Source of the DNA: Dehalococcoidia bacterium
Lineage (GTDB): Bacteria > Chloroflexota > Dehalococcoidia > Lucifugimonadales > UBA3495
Assembly: GCA_965262865.1 (NCBI GenBank)
Contig: CBDHFZ010000003.1
Location: 27,294 to 91,293, forward strand
Direction: 5' to 3'
DNA: 64,000 nt
Every line of letters begins with the position of its first letter. Within the stretch, counting starts at the first letter, position 1. Positions 18,754-29,014 of this stretch are shown piece after piece. Made by a program: the position numbers and the translations under genes. The notes under the pieces are model-generated. The model did no database searches, was not told where the DNA came from, and worked only from the letters and a program-made list of their open reading frames with translations.

Positions 18754-21700
18754 ATGCCCCGTCTTTATCTCCGGCTCAGCTTGGCAGCGATTGTCGTCGG
18801 TCTTCTCACGATCTCAACCGGCGCCGCATTGGCCGCGCCCTCGCAGCAGACCAGCGGTATCTGCGGGCGCACGGCTGCGGTGCAAACGGCGATCCTTGGC
18901 GAAATCTCCGGCGCCACTGACTGCGCCCTTGTCACCGACGCCCATCTCGCCGCCATCACCGGCGCGCTGGATCTGGAGTTCAAAAACATCACCGCTCTCG
19001 CGGCGGGGGATTTGGACGGGCTGACCGCGCTGACGACGCTGTATCTGCACAACAACTCTCTGACCACGCTTCCCGCCGGGGTGTTCGACGAACTGACCGC
19101 GCTGGAGTATCTGCAGCTGCAAGACAATCCCGGGGCGCCCTTCTCGCCCACCGCGGATGCCCTGCCCGATGACGGGACGGTTCCCGCCGCCGGTGGCACG
19201 GTGGCGCTCGACGGCAGTAGCAGCGATGGCGGGCCATGGGACGCGAATGTGGACTATAGCTGGAGCCAGACCTCAGGTCCGACGAGCGGGGTGACGTTCG
19301 ACGCCGCCGCGGGCGCCACGCCGGTGGTAACGATCCCGGCTCTGACGGCGGGCACCGAGCTTATCTTCACCCTCACCGTGACCGGGCGCGCCACCGCCAC
19401 CTCATCCGGCACCGCCCCCGGCACCGGCACCGCCCCCGGCACCGACACCGCCAAGGTGACGGTGACGGCCAGCAACTCCGCGCCGACGTTCGACGAGGGC
19501 GCCGACACCACCCGCGCCGTGCCGGAGAACAGTGCAGCGGGGACGGACGTCGGGGCAGCGGTGTCGGCAACGGACGGCGAAGGCGACACGCTGACCTACT
19601 CGCTGGGCGGCATGGACGCAGGCTCCTTTGACCTCGATACCACGACCGGCCAGATCAGGACCAAGGCCAACGTCGCCTACAACTACGAGGTGAAGAGCTC
19701 TTATACAGTCACCGTGAGCGTGCATGACGGCAAGGACGCCGCGGGCGACACCGACACCACCATTGACGCCACCATCGACGTAACCATCAATCTCACAAAC
19801 GTCGCTGTGGGCGGGCGTCCCGAGCCGGTCGCCAACGTGGCGGCGGTGCCGGGCGACAGCCCCGGTGAGATAGTGGTCACTTGGGATCCGCACCCCGACG
19901 GCCACGAAGATTACCGGGTGGCGTTCAAGCCGGTGGATGGCAGGTTCCAGCCGGTGAGCGACACCGCGTGGAATGTGTTCCCGCTCGACAACACGGCGAC
20001 GCTCGCGGGCCTTGTGTCCGGCGCTGAGTACCGGATACTGGTGCGGGCCCGGTTCGCTGACGGCACGATCAGCAAATGGGCCCGACCTGTCAGCGGGCTC
20101 GCCGCCGAAGAAGCCCCGCCCGAGCTCGCCGCCGAAGAAGCCCCGCCTGAGTTTGAGGAGGTTTGGTCTTCGGTGCTGACGGTGGGGTCCCTTCCCGCGG
20201 GGGTACTGGGCTTCCAGAGCTACCAGGGCCCGTCGTTTGCCCAGGGTTCGCTGTCACCCGATGAGTTCCTGGTCGACGGCGAGCCGGTTCGGGTGATCGC
20301 GTTGTTCAACTACACGGGGTTGGTGCTGGGGCTCTCCGAGGAGCTGCCCCGCGACTTCGTGCTGCTCTCAGGCAGCCAGGAGTTCGCCGCGCGCGACAGC
20401 TTCGTGCAGTCGATGGGGACCGCCCGGGGACGCTATTGGTGGCCGACCGCGCCGGTGGGATGGGCCGAGGGCGACGAGGTGGAGCTGTCCATCGCGATAA
20501 GCGATTCGGGCTCCATGCCCCAAAGGCCGCCCGCGCCGCCGTCGGGGGTGTTCGACGACACCCCGACATCTCATGACGGCGTGTCCCCCTTCGAGGTGCG
20601 CCTGGTGTTCGACGAATCCAACCTGTCCATCGACTCGCAAACCCTCAAAGACCACGCCCTCGCTGCGGCCGGCGCCGACATCGCCGCGGTCCGCAAGTAC
20701 TCGCGGGCGTCGCAAAACAGCTGGATCGTGACCCTCCAGCCGACCGGGCCGGGCGCGATCACCCTCACGCTGCCCGCCACCACCGACTGCGCACAACCCG
20801 ACGCCGTATGCGCAACCGACGGCAGAAAACTGCGCGCCCGTATCGAGACCACCATCCCCGGCAGCGCCGACGCGTCGCTGAGCACACTCGACACCGTCGG
20901 CGCTGTGATCGATCCGGCGTTCGACCCCGCCGAGATGCTCTACACCGCCGACGCCGCCCCCGGCGTTTCACAACTCACCGTCGCCGCCGAAGCGGCCGCA
21001 GCCGCGCACGGCGCGACGGTGTCGATCACACCCGCCGACACCGACGCGGCCACAGCAGGTCATCAGGTCGACCTCACCGCGGGGGCCGACACCGCGCTCC
21101 ACATCACCGTCACCGCCCCCGACGCGACCACCACACAGAGCTACTGGGTCGTCATCAGCGACACATCGACCCCCGCCGACACGGCCTCCGCGCTCAACAG
21201 CATGCAGTTCACAGGCCTCGAAACGCTGACTTTCGACGACCACCAGAACCGCTACGAGCTCACCGCTCCCGCGGACGTGTCCCACACCACCGTGGTGACC
21301 AGCCGCGCCGACACCGGCGCGACCGTCGAGACCATCACCGTGCGCGCCGGCTCCCGCACCCTGCACGCCGACCACCACGACGCCGACACCAGCGAACCCG
21401 GCCACCAAGTCCAACTCGCCGGAACCGGCGACACCCTGGTGATCGTGCGAGTCACCACCAACGACGGACTCAACCAAAGCGTCTACCTCACACTCATCAC
21501 CCGAACCACCGACACGGGCACTGCCCCCAAGGCCGTGAGGGCAGCGTCGCCCAAAGACACCGCCGACAGCGCCTTGCCCGAGCTGAGTTCGCTGACCCTG
21601 ACCGGCGCCGACCTCTCACCAGTGTTCGCACCCGACACCTTCGAATACCGCGCTGACGCCGCAGCAGCAGTCGAAGAAATCACCATCGACGCTGAAGCAG

Positions 21701-24700
21701 CCGACACCGACGCGTCGGTGCTGACCGTGCCCGCCGACGCCGACCCCAACACCGACGGCTGGCAAATCACACTGGGAGCACCCGGCAGCGAAACCGTGAT
21801 CGCGGTCATCGTGAACTCAAACGGACAGCTCAGCAGCTATCTGGTCACCGTGTCGCGCGAGGCGGTCCAGACAGCGACCACGCTTCAGTCCCTCAGCATC
21901 GACGACCACGAACTCACACCGGTGTTCGACGCCGCGACGCACCTCTACGCGGCCGAAGCGCCAGCAGAGGTCTCCGAAGTCACCATCCGCGCGGTGGCGA
22001 CCGATCCCGGCGCAACAGTCCAGGCAGTCCCCGTCGACGCGGACCCGAACCAGCCCGGACACCAACTCAACCTCGGCGCGCCGGGTACCCAGAGCACCAC
22101 CTCGGTGGCGTTCGCCACGGCACACAACACCTACGTCGTCATCGTAACCCGCGCCGCGCCCGACCCCGCCGACGCCTCGCTGCGCTCGCTCGCCGTCGAC
22201 GGATACAACCTGACCCCAGCGTTCGCCAGCGACACGTACCCATACCGAGTCGACGTCCCCGCGCATGTGGACTCGGTCACCGTCGACGCGATCGCCAGCA
22301 GCCTGGCCGCGACCGTGACCGTCACCCCAACAGAGGCCGACCCGCTTCAACCCGGCCACCAGGTCAATCTCGCCGAGGACTCCACGGTCATCGTAACCGT
22401 GGAGTCCTCCGACGGCACCCAACAGCAGACCTACACCGTGGTCGTCACAGTCGCCCGGCCCGTCGACTTTGACAGGAGCCCGCGGCGCGACCTGGACGTA
22501 GTGGATGCAGTGGATCGTCAATGGCATCTGTATCCCTACGGCCTGTGGTCGGACGGCGACACCATGTGGGTCGCCGCCAACTGGGACGCCAAGATTTACG
22601 CGTATGACTTGGCCAGCGGCGACCGCCGGGCCGCCAGCGACATCGACAGCCTCGACGCTGCGGGCAACAGCTGCCCAGGGGGCATCTGGTCCGACGGCAA
22701 CACCATGTGGGTCCTCGACGAGATCGACGACAAGATCTATGCGTATGACTTGGCCAGCGGCGACCGCCGGGCCGCCAGCGACATCGACACACTCGTGCCG
22801 TATTACAACCAATGGCACATGGACCTCTGGTCCGACGGCACCAAGGTGTGGGTCGCGGACTCCTTCACGTCGTGGGTCTTCGCGTATGACTTGGCCAGCG
22901 GCGCCCGCCGGACCGCCAGCGACATCGGCACCCTCAACGCTGCGGGCAACAGCAACCCAGGGGGCATCTGGTCCGACGGCAATACCATGTGGGTCCTCGA
23001 CGAGACCGACGACAAGATCTACGCATACGACCTCGCCAGCGGCGCCCGTCAGGCCAAGTTTGACTTCAACACCCTGAGCGGCGCCGGCAACAATTCCCCC
23101 AGCTCCATCTGGTCCGACGGCGACACCATGTGGGTCCTCGACAGCTATGACCGCAAGGTCTACGCCTACAACATGCCCGCCAGCTTGCCGCTGAAGTCTC
23201 TGGAGCTCACCGGCGTCGAGTTCGCGTTCACCCCGGAGCGTCACTTCTATGCCGTGGAGGCGCCTGCCGCTGTCGCTGCCACGACGGTGTCGGCCGTGGC
23301 GGCTGACGACAGCGCCGACGTCACCGTGACGATCTTGCCCGCTGACGCAGATATCAATACCGCGGGCCACCAGATTGACCTCGCCACTGGTGTCAACACC
23401 GTTACCGTTACCGTTACTGCTGCTGGCACCGCCACTGTCACTGCCTATACCGTCGTCGTCACCCGGAACCACGTTGACGTTTCGGGCGACTCTACGACTG
23501 CCGGTGTGCTGGACCTCGGCGTCAGAGTCGACAACATCAACCGCTCCGCCAGCGTTCGAGGGGTCGTCGACGACGACGACGACCGGGACTGGTACAAGGT
23601 TGAGCTGCAGAGCAAGCACCGCTATTACATCGATATGAAACAGACTGGGACGCCAGACTCGCTCGGGGATCCGATGATCATGGGCGTCCATGACAGCAAC
23701 GGCGATTTGGTGGCGGGGACCACTAACGACTGGGGAGGCGACACACGTTGGCGCGATCTTGGGGAGTACTTGGTCGAAGAGATAGAGTGGTCCGAAGAGG
23801 TAGACTATCTTGGGTGGCCGTTTTGGATACCTCCTGAATTCGGACCCAACGATGTCGGCGGACGCGACGCCTTCGTGAAGTTCTCGCCGCGCCAGACCGG
23901 CACGTATTTCGTCTCGGTGGGGCGCGGCGCGGCGCATTCGTCGAATTACCAGAACGGCGTGTACGACTTGGAGATAGTCGAGAGGCTCCACGAGATCGGC
24001 GACACACCCGCGACGTCGCAGAGAGTCGTTGTCGGCGAGCCCGCCGTGAGCGAGATCGACATCGACCCGCGGGAGGTGTTCTTCGCGACAGGAGACAGCA
24101 CTTGGGAATGGTGGTCGGGCGATCATGACTGGTGGCGCGCCACGCTTGAGCGCAACAAGATCTATGTGATCGACATGCAAGGTGCCGACACAGGTCATGG
24201 CACGCTGAGACAACCTCACCTTGCGGTGAGGCCCCGCGACGGCGGCCGGACCCCGATCAACACGGTGCGGATCATGGAGGACGTCGACGGCACCGAAAAC
24301 GACCGCCAAGTTTTCTCGCCGACCGCCACCGGCGACTACTACATGCTCGCGATGGGCGGCGACTACGAGTCCATTAGCGCGCCCGAGGAGCTTGGCACCT
24401 ACACATTGTCGGTGACCGTATTGCCCGAGAGGGCCGACGTGCCCGCCGCCACGACGACGACCGCGAGCGTTGTCGTCGACGCCAGCCCGTACTACGGGCG
24501 GATCGACCATAGCTACGACCGCGACTGGATCGGGGTGCAACTCCAAGGGGGCAGGTCCTACCGGGTCACGATGGGAACAGACCCTGCGAGCATTGCTCCC
24601 ATCTCAGATGACCCCCGGGAAATCCCCTACGAGGTAGAAGGAGTCTTTATGGGCACTCGAGTGATTGGCGGCAGATACCGAGATGTGGCCGGCGTGTTCG

Positions 24701-26049
24701 ACGGGGCGGGGAATCTGGTGCGCGGCAGCGGCGAGTTCGGAAACCACGGCGGCGTCCCCAATTACCCCGACGAGATCATCATCGAACCGGAGGAAGACGA
24801 CATCTACTACATCGAAGCCCGCGGTTTTGACTTCCACGTCGGCGATTACACCATCACCGTCGAAGAATCGTTCGGGCCGCCGATCGACATTTGGACACCG
24901 GGCCTCCAGTCCAATCCGTACTTCGTATATCTGGAAGCGCTCGGCAGCACCACGATCGAGGTCGACACGCTCACTGAGGGCTATGCCTACACCGATTCGA
25001 GCATCTACCCGCTCGACGGGCAGGTCCCGACCTGGTTCAGCGTCGAGCTAGTGGCCGGCGACACGTACATCGTGAACGTCGAATCCGTCGGCGGCGTCAC
25101 CTCCGGCTATCCCTTCAACGCGTACATCCGCGGCATTTTCGATGACTCCGGGCGCTACGAATACTTCCATCGGGGCGATCACGGTGCGGCCACAAGGAGC
25201 CAGCTGGCGGTCACGGCCCGCTCCAGCGGCCTGTACCACATCGCCGTGGAGCGCCGACCTTCAGGCAATTTCACGATCATCGTCAACAGCACCTCGACAG
25301 ACTCGACAACGACCCAGACGCCGCCGCCGCAAGATGACGCGTCTTTGAGCTCGCTCGGAGTCGCCGGCGATGACGTGACCCCTGAGTTCGCGAGCGGTGT
25401 GTACGACTATTCGGTGACGGTCGCCCCGGACGTGTCCGAGGCGACCGTGGACGCGGTGGGGACATACCCTGAAACGGTGGTCGTGGCGTCCGTGGAGGAT
25501 CTCGACCTGGCGCCGGGCTGGCAGGTGGATCTCGGCCCACCGGGAACCGAGACGGTGACCGAAATCCGGTTTACCTCAGTGGCGCCAGACGGCAGGAGGT
25601 GGCTGGCATACACAGTCACGATCACTCGCCCTGCGCCCGATGTCAGTGCAGGCACGAGCACCGACAGCGACGTCGAAATCGGCGTGGGCGTAGTCAGCAG
25701 AATCCACTCTGTCGGCGACAGGGACTGGCACCGGGTCGAGCTCCAAGCAGGCGTCACCTACCAAGTCGACATGGAAGGCCAGTGGACCGGATCGTTCTCG
25801 ACGTCGGAACCAGGGGTATGGATATCCGACTACACGCTCGTCGACCCGGTCCTCAGCGGCGTCTACGACTCACTCGGAGCGCTGGTACCCGGCACCGGGG
25901 ACCTCACCGATTCCGGCAACAGCGGAACGGGCCAAAACAGCCGATTCACCTTCAGCCCCACCGTCGACGGGACCTACTACATAGAAGCCGCCGCCACCGC
26001 CGCTTGGGTCGGCACCTATCTGCTGACCGTGTCCAGGATTCCCGACTAA
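18754..26049 (+). CDS. giant secreted adhesin-like protein (2431 aa): signal peptide, LRR, cadherin repeat, FN3, HDG...C...C module, multiple cadherin-like beta-sandwich units, six WxSDGxTMWV repeats, multiple PPC-type (DRDWY) domains
   Basis: The signal peptide is MPRLYLRLSLAAIVVGLLTISTGAALAAPS. The LRR reads LTALTTLYLHNNSLTTLPAGVFDELTALEYLQL and the cadherin repeat NSAPTFDEG..VPENSAAGTDVG..TDGEGDTLTYSL. Repeats read GLWSDGDTMWV..KIYAYDLASG. PPC-like motifs are DRDWYKVEL, DHDWWRATL, DRDWIGVQL and DRDWHRVEL. Confidence 0.9.
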   Translation: MPRLYLRLSLAAIVVGLLTISTGAALAAPSQQTSGICGRTAAVQTAILGEISGATDCALVTDAHLAAITGALDLEFKNITALAAGDLDGLTALTTLYLHNNSLTTLPAGVFDELTALEYLQLQDNPGAPFSPTADALPDDGTVPAAGGTVALDGSSSDGGPWDANVDYSWSQTSGPTSGVTFDAAAGATPVVTIPALTAGTELIFTLTVTGRATATSSGTAPGTGTAPGTDTAKVTVTASNSAPTFDEGADTTRAVPENSAAGTDVGAAVSATDGEGDTLTYSLGGMDAGSFDLDTTTGQIRTKANVAYNYEVKSSYTVTVSVHDGKDAAGDTDTTIDATIDVTINLTNVAVGGRPEPVANVAAVPGDSPGEIVVTWDPHPDGHEDYRVAFKPVDGRFQPVSDTAWNVFPLDNTATLAGLVSGAEYRILVRARFADGTISKWARPVSGLAAEEAPPELAAEEAPPEFEEVWSSVLTVGSLPAGVLGFQSYQGPSFAQGSLSPDEFLVDGEPVRVIALFNYTGLVLGLSEELPRDFVLLSGSQEFAARDSFVQSMGTARGRYWWPTAPVGWAEGDEVELSIAISDSGSMPQRPPAPPSGVFDDTPTSHDGVSPFEVRLVFDESNLSIDSQTLKDHALAAAGADIAAVRKYSRASQNSWIVTLQPTGPGAITLTLPATTDCAQPDAVCATDGRKLRARIETTIPGSADASLSTLDTVGAVIDPAFDPAEMLYTADAAPGVSQLTVAAEAAAAAHGATVSITPADTDAATAGHQVDLTAGADTALHITVTAPDATTTQSYWVVISDTSTPADTASALNSMQFTGLETLTFDDHQNRYELTAPADVSHTTVVTSRADTGATVETITVRAGSRTLHADHHDADTSEPGHQVQLAGTGDTLVIVRVTTNDGLNQSVYLTLITRTTDTGTAPKAVRAASPKDTADSALPELSSLTLTGADLSPVFAPDTFEYRADAAAAVEEITIDAEAADTDASVLTVPADADPNTDGWQITLGAPGSETVIAVIVNSNGQLSSYLVTVSREAVQTATTLQSLSIDDHELTPVFDAATHLYAAEAPAEVSEVTIRAVATDPGATVQAVPVDADPNQPGHQLNLGAPGTQSTTSVAFATAHNTYVVIVTRAAPDPADASLRSLAVDGYNLTPAFASDTYPYRVDVPAHVDSVTVDAIASSLAATVTVTPTEADPLQPGHQVNLAEDSTVIVTVESSDGTQQQTYTVVVTVARPVDFDRSPRRDLDVVDAVDRQWHLYPYGLWSDGDTMWVAANWDAKIYAYDLASGDRRAASDIDSLDAAGNSCPGGIWSDGNTMWVLDEIDDKIYAYDLASGDRRAASDIDTLVPYYNQWHMDLWSDGTKVWVADSFTSWVFAYDLASGARRTASDIGTLNAAGNSNPGGIWSDGNTMWVLDETDDKIYAYDLASGARQAKFDFNTLSGAGNNSPSSIWSDGDTMWVLDSYDRKVYAYNMPASLPLKSLELTGVEFAFTPERHFYAVEAPAAVAATTVSAVAADDSADVTVTILPADADINTAGHQIDLATGVNTVTVTVTAAGTATVTAYTVVVTRNHVDVSGDSTTAGVLDLGVRVDNINRSASVRGVVDDDDDRDWYKVELQSKHRYYIDMKQTGTPDSLGDPMIMGVHDSNGDLVAGTTNDWGGDTRWRDLGEYLVEEIEWSEEVDYLGWPFWIPPEFGPNDVGGRDAFVKFSPRQTGTYFVSVGRGAAHSSNYQNGVYDLEIVERLHEIGDTPATSQRVVVGEPAVSEIDIDPREVFFATGDSTWEWWSGDHDWWRATLERNKIYVIDMQGADTGHGTLRQPHLAVRPRDGGRTPINTVRIMEDVDGTENDRQVFSPTATGDYYMLAMGGDYESISAPEELGTYTLSVTVLPERADVPAATTTTASVVVDASPYYGRIDHSYDRDWIGVQLQGGRSYRVTMGTDPASIAPISDDPREIPYEVEGVFMGTRVIGGRYRDVAGVFDGAGNLVRGSGEFGNHGGVPNYPDEIIIEPEEDDIYYIEARGFDFHVGDYTITVEESFGPPIDIWTPGLQSNPYFVYLEALGSTTIEVDTLTEGYAYTDSSIYPLDGQVPTWFSVELVAGDTYIVNVESVGGVTSGYPFNAYIRGIFDDSGRYEYFHRGDHGAATRSQLAVTARSSGLYHIAVERRPSGNFTIIVNSTSTDSTTTQTPPPQDDASLSSLGVAGDDVTPEFASGVYDYSVTVAPDVSEATVDAVGTYPETVVVASVEDLDLAPGWQVDLGPPGTETVTEIRFTSVAPDGRRWLAYTVTITRPAPDVSAGTSTDSDVEIGVGVVSRIHSVGDRDWHRVELQAGVTYQVDMEGQWTGSFSTSEPGVWISDYTLVDPVLSGVYDSLGALVPGTGDLTDSGNSGTGQNSRFTFSPTVDGTYYIEAAATAAWVGTYLLTVSRIPD

Positions 26050-26296
26050 CTTAAGATGTCACGCCGTGACCGCTGGGCGGACTCACCGGTTAGTCGCCTC
26101 TGCACGGGCCGGATACGGGCATAACTCTGCTACCCAATGGAAGGAATCTCCGATGCGGGAGCTAGCGAGGCCATCGGCACAGATCCTGTCGTCACCAACG
26201 CGCGTCTGGCCGGCGGCGGGGACCTGGGTGCTGGGGTGATCTTGTTCTCGTTCTGACCGGTCCGGCGGTCGGGTCCTTCGCAGGCGGGGTGTCTGT

Positions 26297-26500
26297 TTAC
26301 GGCGGATAGATCGGGTATCTGCTCACGAGGCTCGAGACGCCGTGGCGCACGTCGCGGATCGTGTACAGGGCGTCGCCGTTAGCGAGGTCGCGCAGGATGC
26401 GTGAGATCCAGTCCCCGATGCGTGTGAAATCTTCCACGTTGAAGCCCCTGGCAGTGCCTGCCGATGTCCCGAGCCTGACGTCCTCGTCGGCGCCGCTTAT
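26297..26500 (-). pseudogene. glyA: serine hydroxymethyltransferase C-terminal remnant, cut by the IS701-family insertion
   Basis: ..VRLGTSAGTARGFNVEDFTRIGDWISRILRD...VRHGVSSLVSRYPIYPP matches the SHMT C-terminus pattern (GTPA.TTRGF ... FPLY). Upstream residues of the ORF are encoded by the IS terminus that starts at 26501. Confidence 0.5.
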
Positions 26501-27918
26501 TAGTACTACAGCCGCAGATAGCTGGCGAGGCGTCGTTTGTAATGGCAGCGGCGTGCTCGTGCTTGGTGGCGCCGTCTCCACCACGACCAGTACAGGATGA
26601 AATCCGGAGGATGGCTTTCCGTCCATACCAGTCGGGTGAGCAACCTTCGCACCTCAGGAACTGTTATTGGAATCAGCTCCTCATCGAGGCCGTAACAGCC
26701 CCCTTTTTCCCCTTTCCCAACGCCTGATTCCGAACCACCGCCAGATAGGCATGGGCCAGCATCGCCAGGGTGATGTGGCGGTACCAGCCATCCCATTTCC
26801 GCACCTCGTACTGGTCCAGCCCCACCTGTCCCTTGGCCTCCTCAAAGCATTCCTCTATGCTCCAGCGGGTTCCCGCGACCCTCACCAGTTCCTCCAAGGC
26901 CGTCTCCGCTGGGCCGAAACAGACGTAGTAGGCCAACTCCTCAGGCTTGGCCACGCTGCGCCGGACCAAAAGCCAGTGGCCCTTGCCAGGCTCCCTCAGC
27001 GGTCGTATGTCCACGGCGGTCCACTCATATACCCTGGGCCCTTTGGCCCCGTCGCCAGCGCTGCACCGGATCCATCCCGGTTCCTCAACCTGCGATGCCA
27101 GCCGGTCTGCTCTCACCTGAAGGGCCCCTTTGTCCGTCCAAGCCCACAGCTTCTCATTGGTCTTGACCGCCAGCACATGAGGAATTTCCTCCCGCTCCAG
27201 CCACAGCCGCAGCTTGCGGTCGTTGCCGTACACCTCGTCCCCGGTGAACCAGCCGAAAGGAACTCCCGATTCCACTGCCCGCTCCAGCATCACCCGCGCC
27301 ATTTGCCCTTTGGTCCGAAATACAGTGTCCTCCGGCACTCCGGCCTCCCTACGCCGCTCCCGGTCCTCCGCCCACACCTGCGGCAGGTACAGCTCCCGGT
27401 CCAGCAGCGCCTTGCCTCCGGAGCCGGCGTAGGCCAGGAACACCCCAACCTGGCAGTTCTCGATCCGGCCCGCCGTGCCGCTGTACTGACGCTGCACCCC
27501 CACCGACTTGTCGCCCTTCTTCAGGAACCCGGTCTCATCCACCACCAGAACCCCGTCTGCGTAGCCCAGATGCTCCACCACATAGGCTCTCAGATCGTCG
27601 CGCACCAGATGGGCATCCCACCGGTAGGTGGACAGCAGACGCTGCACTCCGTCAGGGGTGGCGTCGCCCGCACGCTCCGCCAACTGCCACCCGTTCTTGC
27701 GCTCCACCGGACAAATCAGTCCCTCCAGATACTCCAACACCCGCCGGCGAGGTTCCGACCGGTGAAACCGCCCCGCAATGCACCCATGAACTCCCTCAAT
27801 CCCCTCGGCCCACCGGGCCACCTCCAAAACCTCGTCCCTCTCCGTTGCCATCGCTTCACCTCACCCACTCCCGAAAGTGCCTCCATTCTACCAAGACCTA
27901 TCTGCGGCTGTAGTATTA
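26501..27918 (-). mobile_element. IS701-family insertion sequence (~1.42 kb)
   Basis: Terminal inverted repeats are TAGTACTACAGCCGCAGATAG (26501-26521) and the reverse complement of 27898-27918 (TAATACTACAGCCGCAGATAG), matching 20/21. A single DDE transposase gene lies inside. Confidence 0.8.
26673..27851 (-). CDS. IS701-family DDE transposase (392 aa)
   Basis: ..RFHRSEPRRRVLEYLEGLICPVERKNGWQLAERAGDATPDGVQRLLSTYRWDA..VLVVDETGFLKKGDKSVGVQRQYSGTAGRIENCQVGVFLAY.. is the hallmark N-terminal/DDE region of IS701/IS4-like transposases. The + strand ORF 26667..27929 is a shadow. Confidence 0.9.
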   Translation of the reverse strand: MATERDEVLEVARWAEGIEGVHGCIAGRFHRSEPRRRVLEYLEGLICPVERKNGWQLAERAGDATPDGVQRLLSTYRWDAHLVRDDLRAYVVEHLGYADGVLVVDETGFLKKGDKSVGVQRQYSGTAGRIENCQVGVFLAYAGSGGKALLDRELYLPQVWAEDRERRREAGVPEDTVFRTKGQMARVMLERAVESGVPFGWFTGDEVYGNDRKLRLWLEREEIPHVLAVKTNEKLWAWTDKGALQVRADRLASQVEEPGWIRCSAGDGAKGPRVYEWTAVDIRPLREPGKGHWLLVRRSVAKPEELAYYVCFGPAETALEELVRVAGTRWSIEECFEEAKGQVGLDQYEVRKWDGWYRHITLAMLAHAYLAVVRNQALGKGKKGAVTASMRS

Positions 27919-28080
27919 GGTTCTGTTGACATTTCGCTGTTGCGGGTCATTCCGGGGAAATAGCGACGAAGAATCCTGGACTTATCACTCCGATTCAAGG
28001 CCATTAGTGCTTTCCTGCACTTGGAATGACATGAAATGGGCCTGCACATCGGTTACAAATGCAAATGTCAACAGAACCTA
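27917..28080. mobile_element. 164-bp MITE-like element with perfect 18-bp terminal inverted repeats
   Basis: TAGGTTCTGTTGACATTT (27917-27934) faces AAATGTCAACAGAACCTA (28063-28080). The element has no coding capacity. Its outermost TA dinucleotides are compatible with a Tc1/IS630-type TA target, and it abuts the IS701 right end. Confidence 0.55.
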
Positions 28081-28183
28081 GCTAAGGGCGATCAACGACT
28101 CGGCGACTTTGCATCCTCCCAGTTGTAACGGGCGTCCTGGTGCCCCTCGCCGCCACGAAGACAGTTGGTTCGCCAGCGCCCGC

Positions 28184-28350
28184 CTACGGCCGCTCCAGGA
28201 ACTCGGCCCATTCCTGCATGAGTTGGCGGCGCTGGTCGAACAGGTCGGAGCGGACGTAGCCGGCCTCGACGCTGTTGCCTACGACGTGCGCGAGGGCTGC
28301 CTCGCCGACGGCCCAGGGGGTGGCGCTCAGTTCGATGCACCAGGTCTTGA
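28184..28350 (-). pseudogene. C-terminal remnant of a tyrosine site-specific integrase
   Basis: The minus-strand translation is FKTWCIELSATPWAVGEAALAHVVGNSVEAGYVRSDLFDQRRQLMQEWAEFLERP*. The pattern (..ALAH...N.VE.AY.R.DLF..RR.LM..WA.) is typical of phage-type integrase C-termini and includes the catalytic-Tyr region. Only ~55 codons remain. Confidence 0.5.
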
Positions 28351-29014
28351 ACGCTGACAGGCAACAACAGTCCCACCGGCATCTGGTCCCGTGGCGCCAC
28401 CATGTGGGTGGCCGACGACGTCGACGACAAGATCTACGCCTACAACATGCCCGCCCACGCCTTGCTGCAATCGCTGGAGCTCACCGGCATCTACTTCGGC
28501 TTCTCGCCCGGGCGCCTGGACTACGCGATCTGGGTGCCCACTACGACCGCATCGACCACCACCGCCGCCGACACCGTTTCTGCCGGCGCAACCGTGGCCA
28601 TCGACCCAGCCGCCGCCGACACCCAAACCGCAGGCCACCAAATCGACTTGACCACCGGCAAGAACAGCATTGCAGTCACTGTCAACGACGGCACACACAC
28701 CACCACCTATACCGCGGTCATCACCCGGACCACCGCGACGACCCTGTCCGACAATGCCGACCTTTCGGCACTGTCCATCGCGAACAGCGACCTTGACGTG
28801 TTCAACAGCGCAGTAACCGAATACACCGCCCACGCCGCCAATGCCGTGGCAACCACCACCGTCACCGCTGTCAGCGACGATTCCCACGCAACGATCACCA
28901 TCGACCCCCTCGCCGCGATCATCGGCACGCTGAATCTGGAGTTCAAAAACATCACCGCCCTCGCAGCGGGGGATTTCGACGGGCTGACCGCGCTGGAGAC
29001 TCTGTCGACAGCGG
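28351..29014 (+). pseudogene. chimeric remnant of a paralogue of the 18754 gene (last propeller repeat + cadherin-like units fused to an LRR N-terminal piece)
   Basis: TLTGNNSPTGIWSRGATMWVADDVDDKIYAYNMPAHALLQSLELTG..TAGHQIDLTTGKNSIAVTV.. parallels residues around SIWSDGDTMWVLDSYDRKVYAYNMPASLPLKSLELTG of the 18754 product. It then switches to LNLEFKNITALAAGDFDGLTALETL, which matches the N-terminal LRR region LDLEFKNITALAAGDLDGLTALTTL. Confidence 0.7.

Noticed and set aside
28109-28357. The 82-aa plus-strand ORF and the 112-aa minus-strand ORF 28092..28430.
   Set aside because: A different minus-strand frame gives a clean tyrosine-integrase C-terminus ending in a stop. The listed ORFs are overlapping shadows of that remnant.
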